A stretch of DNA of 62,732 bases, counting the filler, from Aduncisulcus paluster (Eukaryota): assembly GCA_024181965.1 (NCBI GenBank). It is 5 parts of 5 records of this genome, joined end to end, with 100 filler letters (N's around TTAATTAATTAA, not from the genome) between each part and the next. Parts side by side here need not be neighbours in the genome. Positions count along the whole stretch, not along the records: positions 34,249 to 51,723 come from BQXS01012592.1; 4 more parts are not named here. One strand, 5' to 3'. The position numbers were made by a program, and so were the translations under genes. Shown in pieces: positions 34,249-46,977 of the stretch. Each line of letters opens with the position of its first letter. Position 1 is the first letter of the stretch. The notes beneath the pieces were generated by a model. It was not told the origin of the DNA. It saw only the letters and a list, made by a program, of their open reading frames with translations, and did not search any database.

Positions 34249-37200
34249 TAGTAAGGGGAAGAGTGGATGAAACACTATCCCATTTCAAACCAGTATCTGT
34301 GCTGGAGTCAGCGATAAGTATTTGTCCATTAACGCTTGCTTGTAACTGAACCATTCTTGATAGATTAGTATCATACGTTAGAATTTGCATCTTAGCATTT
34401 AAATATTGATTCCATACAAGCTCATTTCCATCAAGTGCAAGCATATGAGAATAATTAGCTGCCAGTGAACTCAACTCAGTGATACCACCCGAAGTACGAG
34501 TTAAAATACCACCTTGACTAAGTGAACTAAATGGTTCAAGAGTTGTCAAAGATGTCCAACTTGGCGCACCCCCACTAGAAGCTGTGGACAAAACGGTCCC
34601 TCCCGTTCCAGCAGCCGTAAGTTCAGTGAATCCGGAACTGCCATTGCTGAGCATGAGAGAATTTGCAGCCGTAAAATTGAACATATCATATAAGCTGGTC
34701 CATTCAATTGATGATCCATTGACACGCAAGATATCGTTAGTGCTAGTTCCAGTTAACTTAAGTTCTTCCCAATCGGTACCACTATGTGTCAATAAAGATC
34801 CACTTTGTGTAAGTGGTATGAGGGAGTCAATATCAGCCCAGGTGAGACCAGTAGTCGCAGTGCCATCGCTTATTAAGATTTTGTTGTCGCTCGAAGCAGC
34901 AGACAAAGTAGTCAGAGAACTTCCATTATAACTCAATAATTGTCCTTGAGCGGTAAATGGAAGAATGGATGCCAAAGATGTCCAAGCAGGAAGACCATTA
35001 TTGGAACTTGTATATAAGATATCACCCGCACCACCTGGTCCAACTCCAGTAAATCCTGAACTAGTATTCGCTACAATAGCATTGTTAGAAGGTGAGCCAA
35101 GGAGTGCAGACAAGGTAGTACTAACATAATTAGTTCCATTGTGAGTAATTAATTCACCAACACTACCGCCAGTCAGCACATCGACATCCAAAGTAACCCA
35201 TGAAGTGGTGTGTGAGACATTATCATAGTGAAGATAAGTTACGCCACTGCTCTGATTGGGGTACACTTCTTCAATCTGATTTGAGACTGAGGAATAAACC
35301 AGAACTCCACCATCAGAAAGAGTGGAATACATTGGCAAAAGAGTGTCCTCCAAGGATTTCCATCCAAACTCATCAATCCCAGCAACAAGAACGTCATTCT
35401 CATTACCAATTGTCACATCAATAAGGTCAGAGTTGCTGAATGTCAATAAGCTTCCATCAGTGTCAATAGGAAGAAGATCCCGAATAAACCCCCATTTCAT
35501 CCCTTTATCCTCAGTATTATCAGCAACAAGGATAGAATTATTATTATTGCTTCCACCAGTTGAAAGAGCAGCCATCATATTTTTTGAAGAGTCGTAGGTC
35601 AAAATATCCCCGGGATTAGAAATGTATCGAGTCCATTTCAGTTTCTTAAAGGTTTCATCATAAGCAAGAATGTGACTATATCCTTCACTTTCAGCTTCTA
35701 ATTCCTTAATCGTTCCGTCATTCTTAACCAGCATACTACCATCAGTAAGCAAAAGATCATTCCAAGCAAGACCAGATCCACTATTAAATGTCAAGTATTG
35801 ATACTCTGCCGTGGGTCCAGGTAAATTGGTCAAAATAGAACCATTGTTGAATAAAATATCACCTTTTGTTGCAACATTAGACAAAGGAGATAAAGTTGAC
35901 AGGGATTGCCACGACAATCCACTGGCGTCATAAAACAAAAGCTGTTCGGTTGACAGAGGAGCACCAAACTCAATATAATCCCCAGCAGTCTGATCATAAG
36001 TCAACAGACTCCAATCAGATCCCAGAACATTCATAGGATTCACGAAAGCAACATCATTCCATTCGATTCCTGTTGAAGTTGCCTGCAACACTTGGAATTC
36101 ATCTCCCCTCTCAAGTCTTGTAATGCTAGATCCATTGTGATAGAGCAAATCACCAGAGGCCATGAGTTCATTCAAAGGTGCCACAGTAGCTCCATCAACC
36201 CACGAAAGTCCCTCAGAAGATCCACTGTCTGAAATGAGCACTTGTCCATCTGTTCCAGCTTCTAATTCAACAAATTGACCAGAATGGTTTGTCCCACTAT
36301 ATGTCAGTAAACTTCCAAGACTGGAGAGTGGGCTATGCCAAGTTGGACTGCCCCCTTGGAATGCTAGGAAGGAATTAAGAGAGTTGTATTGTGTTGGAGC
36401 ATTAATTTCAAGCAAATCTGTCCCATTCAATGACAAAATGGATCCAGAATTTGAAAGTAAGTCTTCCCAGGCAAGAGGAGTGGATGAATTAGTGTTATAT
36501 TGAAGGATTTGGTTCTTTCCAGTAGGAGGAGAAATGGCATAATACCCTGAAGAATTCTTGGAAAGAAGATGACCATCCATATCCATCTCAGAAATGGGAT
36601 ACAAGGTGTCGGGATCAACCCATGCAGGATCGTAGGAATTCAGAGATAACACCTGACCATCATTGCCATGATTAAGGACATAATATTCGTTGTTAGAGTC
36701 AACAGTCAAAAGGGCTCCTTGGGAGGATAACCCAGCGATCCACTTCATTTTACCAGTTTCACCCATATCACTAATAAGAATAGAGTTGTCGGCAATGGGA
36801 GCATCGATTTCAACAAAGGCTCCACTGTTAGAATCTTGGGAAAGAGTAAGGATTCCTCCTTCCTGAGTCAGAGGATTCATCCAGATTGGCTTCCCACTAG
36901 CAAAGGTGAGAAATGAATTACTTTCGTTATATGAAGGTGTGCCACTCGGAACAGCAACATTAGAAAAGCCTGATGTGCTATCAAACGTCAGCAATTCTCC
37001 ACTTGAGAGAGGAGCCTTCCAAGTAGGAATATCACTATCATAGCTCAAGAAATGAGTAAAAGAGCCACCTGGTCCGCTTATTCTTGCATATTCCTCGCTT
37101 CCAGNNNNNNNNNNNNNNNNNNNNAAGAATAGAGTTGTCGGCAATGGGAGCATCGATTTCAACAAAGGCTCCACTGTTAGAATCTTGGGAAAGAGTAAGG

Positions 37201-40200
37201 ATTCCTCCTTCCTGAGTCAGAGTATTCATCCAGATTGGCTTCCCACTAGCAAAGGTGAGAAATGAATTACTTTCGTTATATGAAGGTGTGCCACTCGGAA
37301 CAGCAACATTAGAAAAGCCTGATGTGCTATCAAACGTCAGCAATTCTCCACTTGAGAGAGGAGCCTTCCAAGTAGGAATATCACTATCATAGCTCAAGAA
37401 ATGAGTAAAAGAGCCACCTGGTCCGCTTATTCTTGCATATTCCTCGCTTCCAGTTGTTCCACTCATCGAAAGGATATCTCCTGCGGTTGTGAGTCCTTCC
37501 ACCCATTTCAATCCACCGACAACATTAGGATCCTCAACAAGAAGAGTATTCCGTTGATCTTTTGGAAGGATCTCATGGAATACACCATTTGCAGAGTCGT
37601 CGTCACTCAAAACCATAAGACCTCCTTTCACACTCAAGGGTTGAGTCCACACTGGCTGATCATTATTGTACGAGAGGAAGTATTGAAGGTCAGATGATGG
37701 GGGTGATACTTTTGTGTAATCACCAGATGCATCCAGAGTAAGCAATTCTCCAGTGTTCCTCAGTCCAGTTGTCCATTTCAATCCTCCAGAAAGACTAGGA
37801 TCCTCAATTAAAAAGGAGTTGGGAACAGTACTGGCTGTAAGCTCAGAGAATACTCCACCATTCACAGTATCATCCGTCACAGTGAGAAGACCACCTTTGG
37901 TCTGAATGAGCTGTTTCCAGGTTAATGTTGTATCAAACGATAAAAGATAATTATTATCAGTAGAAGGTGGTGCGATCTCAGTGAATTCACCTCCATAAAT
38001 GGAATCATTATCGAGGGTAAGAAGACCACCAAGAGAGACAAGAGGTTGAGACCACTTGAGTCCAGAAGAACTATCAAATGTCAAGAAATGCTGATCATCT
38101 TCTGAAGGAGGAGAGAGCTCAAGGAATTCACCACCAGATACAGCATCATCATTCAAGGTCATAATTCCACCCATCAAGCTCAAAGGTTGTTTCCACGTGA
38201 TTGTGTTTCCTGAATATGATAAAAAGTGAAGGAAATCGGATCCAGCACCAGAAATATTTATGTATTCCAGGTTTGAATCCAAAGTCAAGAGATCACCCTG
38301 AGAAACAAGTCCAGTTTGCCATTTAATTCCATTACTTGAAGGATCTTCAACTAAAAGCGAATTCTTTGTTCCCGAAGGCTGTAACTCAGTGAACACACCA
38401 CCNNNNNNNNNNNNNNNNNNNNTCCAGGTTTGAATCCAAAGTCAAGAGATCACCCTGAGAAACAAGTCCAGTTTGCCATTTAATTCCATTACTTGAAGGA
38501 TCTTCAACTAAAAGCGAATTCTTTGTTCCTGAAGGCTGTAACTCAGTGAACACACCACCAGATACAGCGTCATCATTTAAGGTCATAATTCCACCCATCA
38601 AGCTCAAAGGCTGTTTCCACGTGATTGTGTTTCCTGAATATGATAAAAAGTGAAGGAAATCGGATCCAGCACCAGAAATATTTATGTATTCCAGGTTTGA
38701 ATCCAAAGTCAAGAGATCACCCTGAGAAACAAGTCCAGTTTGCCATTTAATTCCATTACTTGAAGGATCTTCAACTAAAAGCGAATTCTTTGTTCCCGAA
38801 GGCTGTAACTCAGTGAACACACCACCAGATACAGCGTCATCATTTAAGGTCATAATTCCACCCATTTTTGTGAGAGGTTGTCCACGTGATTGTGTTTCCT
38901 GAATATGATAAAAAGTGAAGGAAATCGGATCCAGCACCAGAAATATTTATGTATTCCAGGTTTGAATCCAAAGTCAAGAGATCACCCTGAGAAACAAGTC
39001 CAGTTTGCCATTTAATTCCATTACTTGAAGGATCTTCAACTAAAAGCGAATTCTTTGTTCCTGAAGGCTGTAACTCAGTGAACACACCACCAGATACAGC
39101 GTCATCATTTAAGGNNNNNNNNNNNNNNNNNNNNGATCACCCTGAGAAACAAGTCCAGTTTGCCATTTAATTCCATTACTTGAAGGATCTTCAACTAAAA
39201 GCGAATTCTTTGTTCCCGAAGGCTGTAACTCAGTGAACACACCACCAGATACAGCGTCATCATTTAAGGTCATAATTCCACCCATCAAGCTCAAAGGCTG
39301 TTTCCACGTGATTGTGTTTCCTGAATATGATAAAAAGTGAAGGAAATCGGATCCAGCACCAGAAATATTTATGTATTCCAGGTTTGAATCCAAAGTCAAG
39401 AGATCACCCTGAGAAACAAGTCCAGTTTGCCATTTAATTCCATTACTTGAAGGATCTTCAACTAAAAGCGAATTCTTTGTTCCTGAAGGCTGTAACTCAG
39501 TGAACACACCACCAGATACAGCGTCATCATTTAAGGTCATAATTCCACCCATTTTTGTGAGAGGTTGACCCCATTTAATCCCCTCATCTAAGCTCGAATC
39601 AGGCATCAAAAGATACTGCATTTTTGAAGGAGCTGTGAGGGTAGTGTAATCACCGAGAGTGCCATCATATGTCAGCAAACTGCCCTTCCCAACAAAAGAA
39701 CTGAAAGGATGGAGAGAAGTAATCCCATGCCATTCCATTTGATTTGTATCGTCAGAGTTCGATGGTTTCATTACCAAGACTTGATCGCTTGTCCCGATAG
39801 GAACATTGTTAAAAACCAAATCACCGTTAGAGTTCTCAATAACAGTCAACATCTCACCCATGGTCACACCAAAGTTAGCAGGAGTAAGAATATATGAATC
39901 GTTCTTCCACTCGAGGACTCCATCCGGAGCAAGGGAGACGAGAATTTGATCATCACTTGAGGAAAGAGGGGTCACATTCACAACTTCACTCGATGAGTTC
40001 TTTGTGATGAGAGAATTAGTTCCAATATTGATGCTGTCCAGGTCTCCAGAAGAATTAACAATTGTAATGTCACCAGGACTGCTCAGGGCGAGATGAGAGA
40101 GTTTGACAGTACCACCAGCGGTGGAGAGACCAGCCAGATTGTCATGTGTATGGAGGCTACTAGCGTCAACAGTGGAGCCTCCACTCAACTCTGGAATAAT

Positions 40201-43178
40201 GTCAAGCGGGTGATGCCACACAGCCTTCGGAGTGGATGATTCAGAGTAATCAACGTACAACACAGCATTGTCAAGGGAAATGTCCATCTGAGAGAGATCT
40301 CCAGAGGCATCAAGAGTCACAATAGACCCATTAGTAGATGGAGAAAGACCAATGACGGATTCAGGAGTTGCCCAAGCCATCCCAGTCGATGTGGTGGGAT
40401 CACTGACAAGAATATAATCAGAATTGGAGGTCATGACCAACTCAACTACCTCCCCAGAATCATCTTTTGTAATGAGAGCTCCCTGATTGGTCAAAACATC
40501 CTTCCGAATCAATGACGGATGAACATGGAGGGAATCAGCATCGTTTCCATACACAAGTCCCTGGGGAACAGCGTCCATTGCGGACTTGTATTCGATTCCG
40601 GGAGTTCCAGTATCAGAAGCACTCGACACCAGGAAGTAGCCGTCTGCACCTGGAGAGACCTCGGTGATATTTGACCCATTGAAGGTCATCAGACTCCCTC
40701 GATTTGTCAACAGAGAGGACCAAACGAATCCTTCCGAACTTGAGGCCTGAGAAATCATGAATTGGTTGTTTGTCCCTGGGTTAAACTCCTCCATTCGCAA
40801 GTAAATGTCATCATGATCATGCAAGGTAGTGGTCCCACCACTCACGAGAGATTCGGGGATCACATCACCACCTGCTTTCCAGACAAAGTTTGTAGGGCTA
40901 CTAGTATCATACACAAGGACAAAGCCATTCTCCTCGGAAGCAGGATGTTCCATGAGTTGACCTCCATTTCGAGTAACAATGCTCCCATCAGAAGTCATGT
41001 TGAGTTGCTCAGATGGGATATATCCATTCGAATTAAGGGAAGCCACACCATTGGCCAGGCCACGCCAAGTCCTTGGCATAAGAGAATCATGAGTGTGCAA
41101 CGAATCTGCATCACTCCCATCAATTAGTGCAATTTGTTCATCTTCGGTCATGACAACAGTGTCGTCAACCCATTCAATGTGTCCAGTTCCATCGGAGCGG
41201 AGATATTGGTCATTCTTGCCATCTTGGACAGGAAGGTTATAGTTCAAGGGGATGTTCATAATTGGAAAAGAGACGAGAGAGAATATCACAAAGCCTACCA
41301 CGATGATCAGGGTAATGAGAATGGTCAAGAGACAAATGATACATTTCTTCTGAGAAGCCACCGTGGAGATCATAAAGTCTAAATTGGTTCGAAGAGCTTC
41401 AGTTCGATATTCAAGTTCCTCAAATTTTAACTCAGCAGTTCGGGGAAGACGTGGAGGTTTTGACGGAGGTTTGATAGGTTTTGCCTGAGTAATGTTATGT
41501 ATCTTCCTTGGGTCGGGAGAATTAAGTGAAAGAACAGGTATATTGGATCCAACTCCGCCAGGTGCAATGAAACCACGATCACTGTCACCCTCATGAGTGG
41601 CTCCATCGATTGTAATGTGTTTCCCAGATGACTTGAGCGTGCGGTTGATATTGTTATTTTTAGATCCTTTTGTCTCATCTTCACTGTCTATCATGGGATT
41701 ACGAAGGATATCATGATCAATGCCGAGTTCTTGACGTCCACTGATAATTGTTGGGGGGGGAGCTGTCACCTTGGTGCGGAGAAAGTCCATTCCAAAGGCA
41801 GGAATGGAGGGAGACGCCTCCGCTCTGCCGTGAATATCAATATCCTGTGTAAGAACAGACACCGCAGGGGGAAGACGTGTTGGAGAATTNNNNNNNNNNN
41901 NNNNNNNNNCCCAGATGACTTGAGCGTGCGGTTGATATTGTTATTTTTAGATCCTTTTGTCTCATCTTCACTGTCTATCATGGGATTACGAAGGATATCA
42001 TGATCAATGCCGAGTTCTTGACGTCCACTGATAATTGTTGGGGGGGGAGCTGTCACCTTGGTGCGGAGAAAGTCCATTCCAAAGGCAGGAATGGAGGGAG
42101 ACGCCTCCGCTCTGCCGTGAATATCAATATCCTGTGTAAGAACAGACACCGCAGGGGGAAGACGTGTTGGAGAATTGTGCCCCGTTACAATATCGCCATC
42201 AGTATTGCCATCACCTCCAAGCTCAATGCCAGGTGATGTTAGGGACATTTCAACTGCCTCAATTCGGTCCATTGGGGCGTGATCAGAAGAATGGGATTCA
42301 ACAGTCCCATAGAAATTGGGACGTTTTGTTGATGGCACACCTGTTGTCCCCGTTTTAGTGAAAGTAGTGTGTGTCCATATCGATGCAATTTCATCAAGTT
42401 TAATATCAGATTTAGTTTGTAATTGTTCCTGATCATCATGTGAGAAACTCTCTTGTTCATCTGTCTTCAAAGCAGGCTGGGACTCAATGACCTGGGCAGA
42501 AGACATATCAGAAACAATTGAAGAAGGAAGTTGTTGTTTTTGTGAATGCTGAAAGGTTAAGGAAGAAGGGTTTACAATGGATTCTTCAACAGGGGATGGA
42601 TGAATGGGTGAAGCAGTTGATTCTCCTTCCTGATCAAGGTTCTTATCAAGGTCCATCGAAGAATCCATTGGTTTTTTATGCTTTTTGCTAACTTTTTTTC
42701 TTCTTTTGTGTTTTTTATGCTTTACGGGATCGTCGATACGAGATTTCATGGGAGATATGCTCCTAGATGCAGCTGGGGCTCCTGGATCAATAACTTTGGA
42801 TCCTAATTCAACATCGACTCTTCTAATTGACTTTTCGTCATGAATTGGAGAGATATGAGGAGATGAAGCAATATGTTGGGAATTTAAGGAGGATTGCGGC
42901 AATTTTGGGGTACTAAGAGGAAAATAATCTTGAGATTTTACAGATTGGGCTGATTGTATTCTTTTTGACTTTAAATCTTGAACAGAATCCATTTTTTTGG
43001 CGATATCAGCAATTGTTCCTTTAACAGAATCAGAGTCCATGCCTAAAAGGAAATTTTTACCGGATAGTTTTGATTGTGGAGAAGTTGAAATTATGCCTGG
43101 ATTGCCAAGAGTAGGTCTGGGAGAGAAGGTTGGAGAAGTGGATCGCTTTCCCGGAGATGGGGCTCTTTTATGGTCCAT
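34249..43178 (-). CDS. Giant type II membrane protein with phage-tail-fibre-like repeats (fragmented by gaps; 3' end missing)
   Basis: ORFs 41766-43178, 39109-41862, 38386-39085, 37038-38396 and 34193-37174 overlap via gap-flanking duplications. Disordered N-terminus, coiled coil, KK+TM (about 41258-41345), HxH motifs, then dozens of about 44-aa G[DS]LLT..D...EL....Q.L..D....GL.W units. Confidence 0.8.
38140..39570 (-). repeat. Near-identical 267-bp (89-aa) tandem units within the giant protein
   Basis: ATCACCCTGAGAAACAAG at 38292, 38449, 38716, 38981, 39136 and 39403; 267-bp period where no gap intervenes (one unit is 265 bp). Confidence 0.9.
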
Positions 43179-45001
43179 AATAAATAGAGAATTAGAAAAT
43201 ATATTTTAAATAATCGTAAAAAAATTAATTCTATGACTGAATCGTCAACAAAATCACTTTCGTTCAATTTCTTTATGCCTGATGGGAAATGTGAAAGAAA
43301 TTCCTACAATAATGAGGTCGCAAAACTAAAAAAGCCAAAAAGAATATATTTCTGCCGGAGAATTGAGGGATATACTCATATTTGCCACGATTAAACTCCG
43401 AGCAGTGGAGGCCACGCCTATTTCGACTGCCTGGTGGTATAATGGTATTATCTGACCAAAAAGAAAATTTCCGGTCGGAATTTTTATTCGGGTTTTGGTA
43501 TCTCACCCCCCCCTCGAATCGGAGTATGAAAAATTGGTGGCAAATTCCGTTTTCTGGCCAACTCGGAATATACTCTCACTCGAACATAGTTTGTTGAATG
43601 CCTATATCATTATCTGTCCATTATTTTATTATAAATTTTAATATTTTATTCGTGCAATCTTCTAAAATAAAATATTTGTAGTAACTCGGTTTATTTTGAT
43701 AATTGTCCCACAATTTTGATAATTATCTTGGGTTTTGTAAATGACCAAGTTATACAATTGGTGATTTTTAACCATATTCTTGATATTTATGCCGAAATAT
43801 CCAACGATATCGATTTTTTGTCATTTGATATGTGAATGAAAAAATTCGTATTCAATTCTGAAAATGATATCTTTGTTGTGAGAAATGGTGGCACATTTCA
43901 CATCGACAGAGATATTTATTTTATTGGTTGCCACACCTCGGAATCAAAAATACAATCCTCAATCATGTTTTCAACTTGACGTTGGGTCGATGTGTCTACC
44001 CCCCCTTACATTGGGTGTATTCTTGAGATTCATCTTTTCAGGCACTCCTTTACCTTATAACTCATACTTATACTCAATTTCACTTTTGTTTATTGAGAGA
44101 CAAGATTGATAATGTCATTGAAGCCTCACTTCTACAGCTGGAGGATAATCTTGTTTATCGATGGTCAAAGATGGTTTTGATTGGTTGTAACTCCTATTTA
44201 CTTAATTTTCCCCATTGTTATTGTGTATATTTTTCTCATGTCAATTTTATCGTTATTCTTTTTCATTTCGTCCCATTTTTCATTTCTTATGTTTTTTTGT
44301 CGTATATTAAGTGATCTTTTCGCCGTAGCTTAGCGAAATTGTGAACTTATCATCCATATGGGTGTGACTGGCAAACTTGGGAATGCTGTTCCGATCCCTG
44401 CAGATATCAGAGCCACGTGAATCTTGAGTCGGCCATTCTATACGTTTACAACNNNNNNNNNNNNNNNNNNNNGTTGTAACTCCTATTTACTTAATTTTCC
44501 CCATTGTTATTGTGTATATTTTTCTCATGTCAATTTTATCGTTATTCTTTTTCATTTCGTCCCATTTTTCATTTCTTATGTTTTTTTGTCGTATATTAAG
44601 TGATCTTTTCGCCGTAGCTTAGCGAAATTGTGAACTTATCATCCATATGGGTGTGACTGGCAAACTTGGGAATGCTGTTCCGATACCTGCAGATATCAGA
44701 GCCACGTGAATCTTGAGTCGGCCATTCTATACGTTTACAACATTGCATTTCAAATGAATGAGTCATAATTGATCTATACAGTGGTGTATATTGGTTAATG
44801 ACTCGGTGCTGAGCAGTCCATTGGTTGACTGCAGTGGACAAAAACCACGGTATGCACTAATGTGATGATTATTGATGAGAATATTGGCAACATTGTTTGT
44901 CGACGATTATTTTTATCCTTTTTTCAGTCATTATAATTTGTATTTCCCTTTTCACCAGTCCCTTTTGTTCATAAACGTCGCAGGGCTTAGGTTCCACTCC
45001 A

Positions 45002-45295
45002 TTATAGGCCGCAAGGGTGTCGGGGTGGGATCGATTGGCTACCGTAGATATCTAATATTTCTTCGTAAACGGGAGATTGGACGGCCTTTTGCAGTTGTTC
45101 CTTCCAGTCAAGGTCTGTACGGTCAATAATAACGTGGTCTAAACCGTATTTTCTTATGTGGGCTGTCCTAGAGGCTCGTCGAACAAACAGCTTACAAGCT
45201 ACGCAAAAGTATCGCTAAAATGAAGATTGTTAGGGAAAATGTGATTAAAAGTAATTTATATGTTGCATAATACATACTTTATCGCCTGGAATCAT
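45002..45295 (-). CDS. Small spliced Zn-finger-like ORF, possibly the 5' part of a decayed gene; intron 45215-45277
   Basis: MIPGDK|RYFCVACKLFVRRASRTAHIRKYGLDH (CxxC..H..H); intron GTATGT..CTAAC..TTTTAG in phase 0; a +1 frame stays open past the stop. Confidence 0.45.
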
Positions 45296-45494
45296 GTGAA
45301 CTCCTTCAAGTCGAGCGTTTTCTTTGTGCGCATTTCTCCCCAAGAAAACAACGGAAATAATGACAATTTTTTTGGAATTTATTTTTTTTTCTTGGTTAAT
45401 TTGATATGATACATTTATATTTATTCATTTTTTCTATTTACTGGCTGTCTTCCTAAATTCTCCTTTTTTCCTTTCGTATGTCAAAAATTGATTG

Positions 45495-46492
45495 ATGTTC
45501 AGCCAAGATCCGATTGAAGGAGACACTGATCTCGGCGATAGTATATCTGGAATCAAAAATGGCCTGTCAATTCTCCGAAAGAAACTGAAGGTTGAGCATA
45601 CCGAGTTTAACAAAAAAATAATAACTATCGAGACAAATCAAGAGAAGATATTGAGGAAATTGGATACTATTGAAACTTTATTGCAATGGGCAAAGCCGAT
45701 AACGGCCAGAACACTATCTGTTTCACATTTTGTTGACATAAAGCCTGCCATGGTATTTATGGAGCGGCGGATGCAGAAAGAGATCGTAAAAAAGGTCGTG
45801 GAAGATATTTTTTCTGATGAGACCACGAAGCGAAGAGTTCTTGAGGCAGATGAGGTTCGATATGACATATATGAGCCTTCGCTAAAACGACACAACTCTG
45901 AATTTGTAAAATCTTTGCCAGGATCTGCTGACGATCCAGAATATCGTTTAATACAAGAAGTGGCAACTATTTCCCACTTAAAATCTTCAAAAAAGGTTAT
46001 GAGTGCTATTCGTCATCGGAAAAGGGAAGAAGGACGAAGTGATGANNNNNNNNNNNNNNNNNNNNGAAAGAGATCGTAAAAAAGGTCGTGGAAGATATTT
46101 TTTCTGATGAGACCACGAAGCGAAGAGTTCTTGAGGCAGATGAGGTTCGATATGACATATATGAGCCTTCGCTAAAACGACACACCTCTGAATTTGTAAA
46201 ATCTTTGCCAGGATCTGCTGACGATCCAGAATATCGTTTAATACAAGAAGTGGCAACTATTTCCCACTTAAAATCTTCAAAAAAGGTTATGAGTGCTATT
46301 CGTCATCGGAAAAGGGAAGAAGGACGAAGTGATGACACTAGAAGAACTCCAACATCAGAGATTCCCATTCCCCGTGCCCCCAGTCCTTCCAGATCTAGTT
46401 TACCTGATGGTACGTCTACTGGACAGTCTGCCCAGCAGTCTTCACCACGGCCTTTAGCACAATCACTCGAAGATTCTTCTGGGCTTTTTTGA
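45495..46492 (+). CDS. Hypothetical protein (N-terminal coiled coil, S/P-rich tail); duplicated across N gap
   Basis: ORFs 45492-46079 and 46088-46492 share a duplicated segment; no recognisable family. Confidence 0.55.
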
Positions 46493-46977
46493 TTGTCCAG
46501 TGTTTTGGTAATAATGTTAATAAATTTATTTGTTGTATAGTACATATTATTCATTTTTTTGATATGGTATCATTAGAGTATAAATATTTGCTTGGTCGAA
46601 TGATCGTGGAATATGACCATAATTTTGGTGGGAGAACACTAAAAAAATGATCCTCCCATTCGACAATCAAAATTATTCCGAGTATGATTTTTTATTCGAA
46701 TTCGAGTGTTTTTGAAGTCGAAAAACGCCCATATATCACCCACGCGAGTAGTGTGATACTCGGATTTTGGCCGGACCGGCGTTGCCGGTGGCCTCCACTG
46801 GAAGTGGAATAATTGGAAATTGTGGGGACTCTATGGCAAATAAATTCATCATTTATTAGTGATTTCCGAGGTAAGTTTATTTTAATTGGAGATCATCTCT
46901 TCAATTCCAAAGATAGCAGAACAGTTACTACAAGGAGTTCTTGACAACATATTGATAATTGAAACAATAATTCAACA

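Noticed and set aside
34249..43178. Prophage or bacterial contamination
   Set aside because: No other phage genes; the protein has a eukaryote-like N-terminus and TM, and the contig carries eukaryotic genes and a spliceosomal-type intron.
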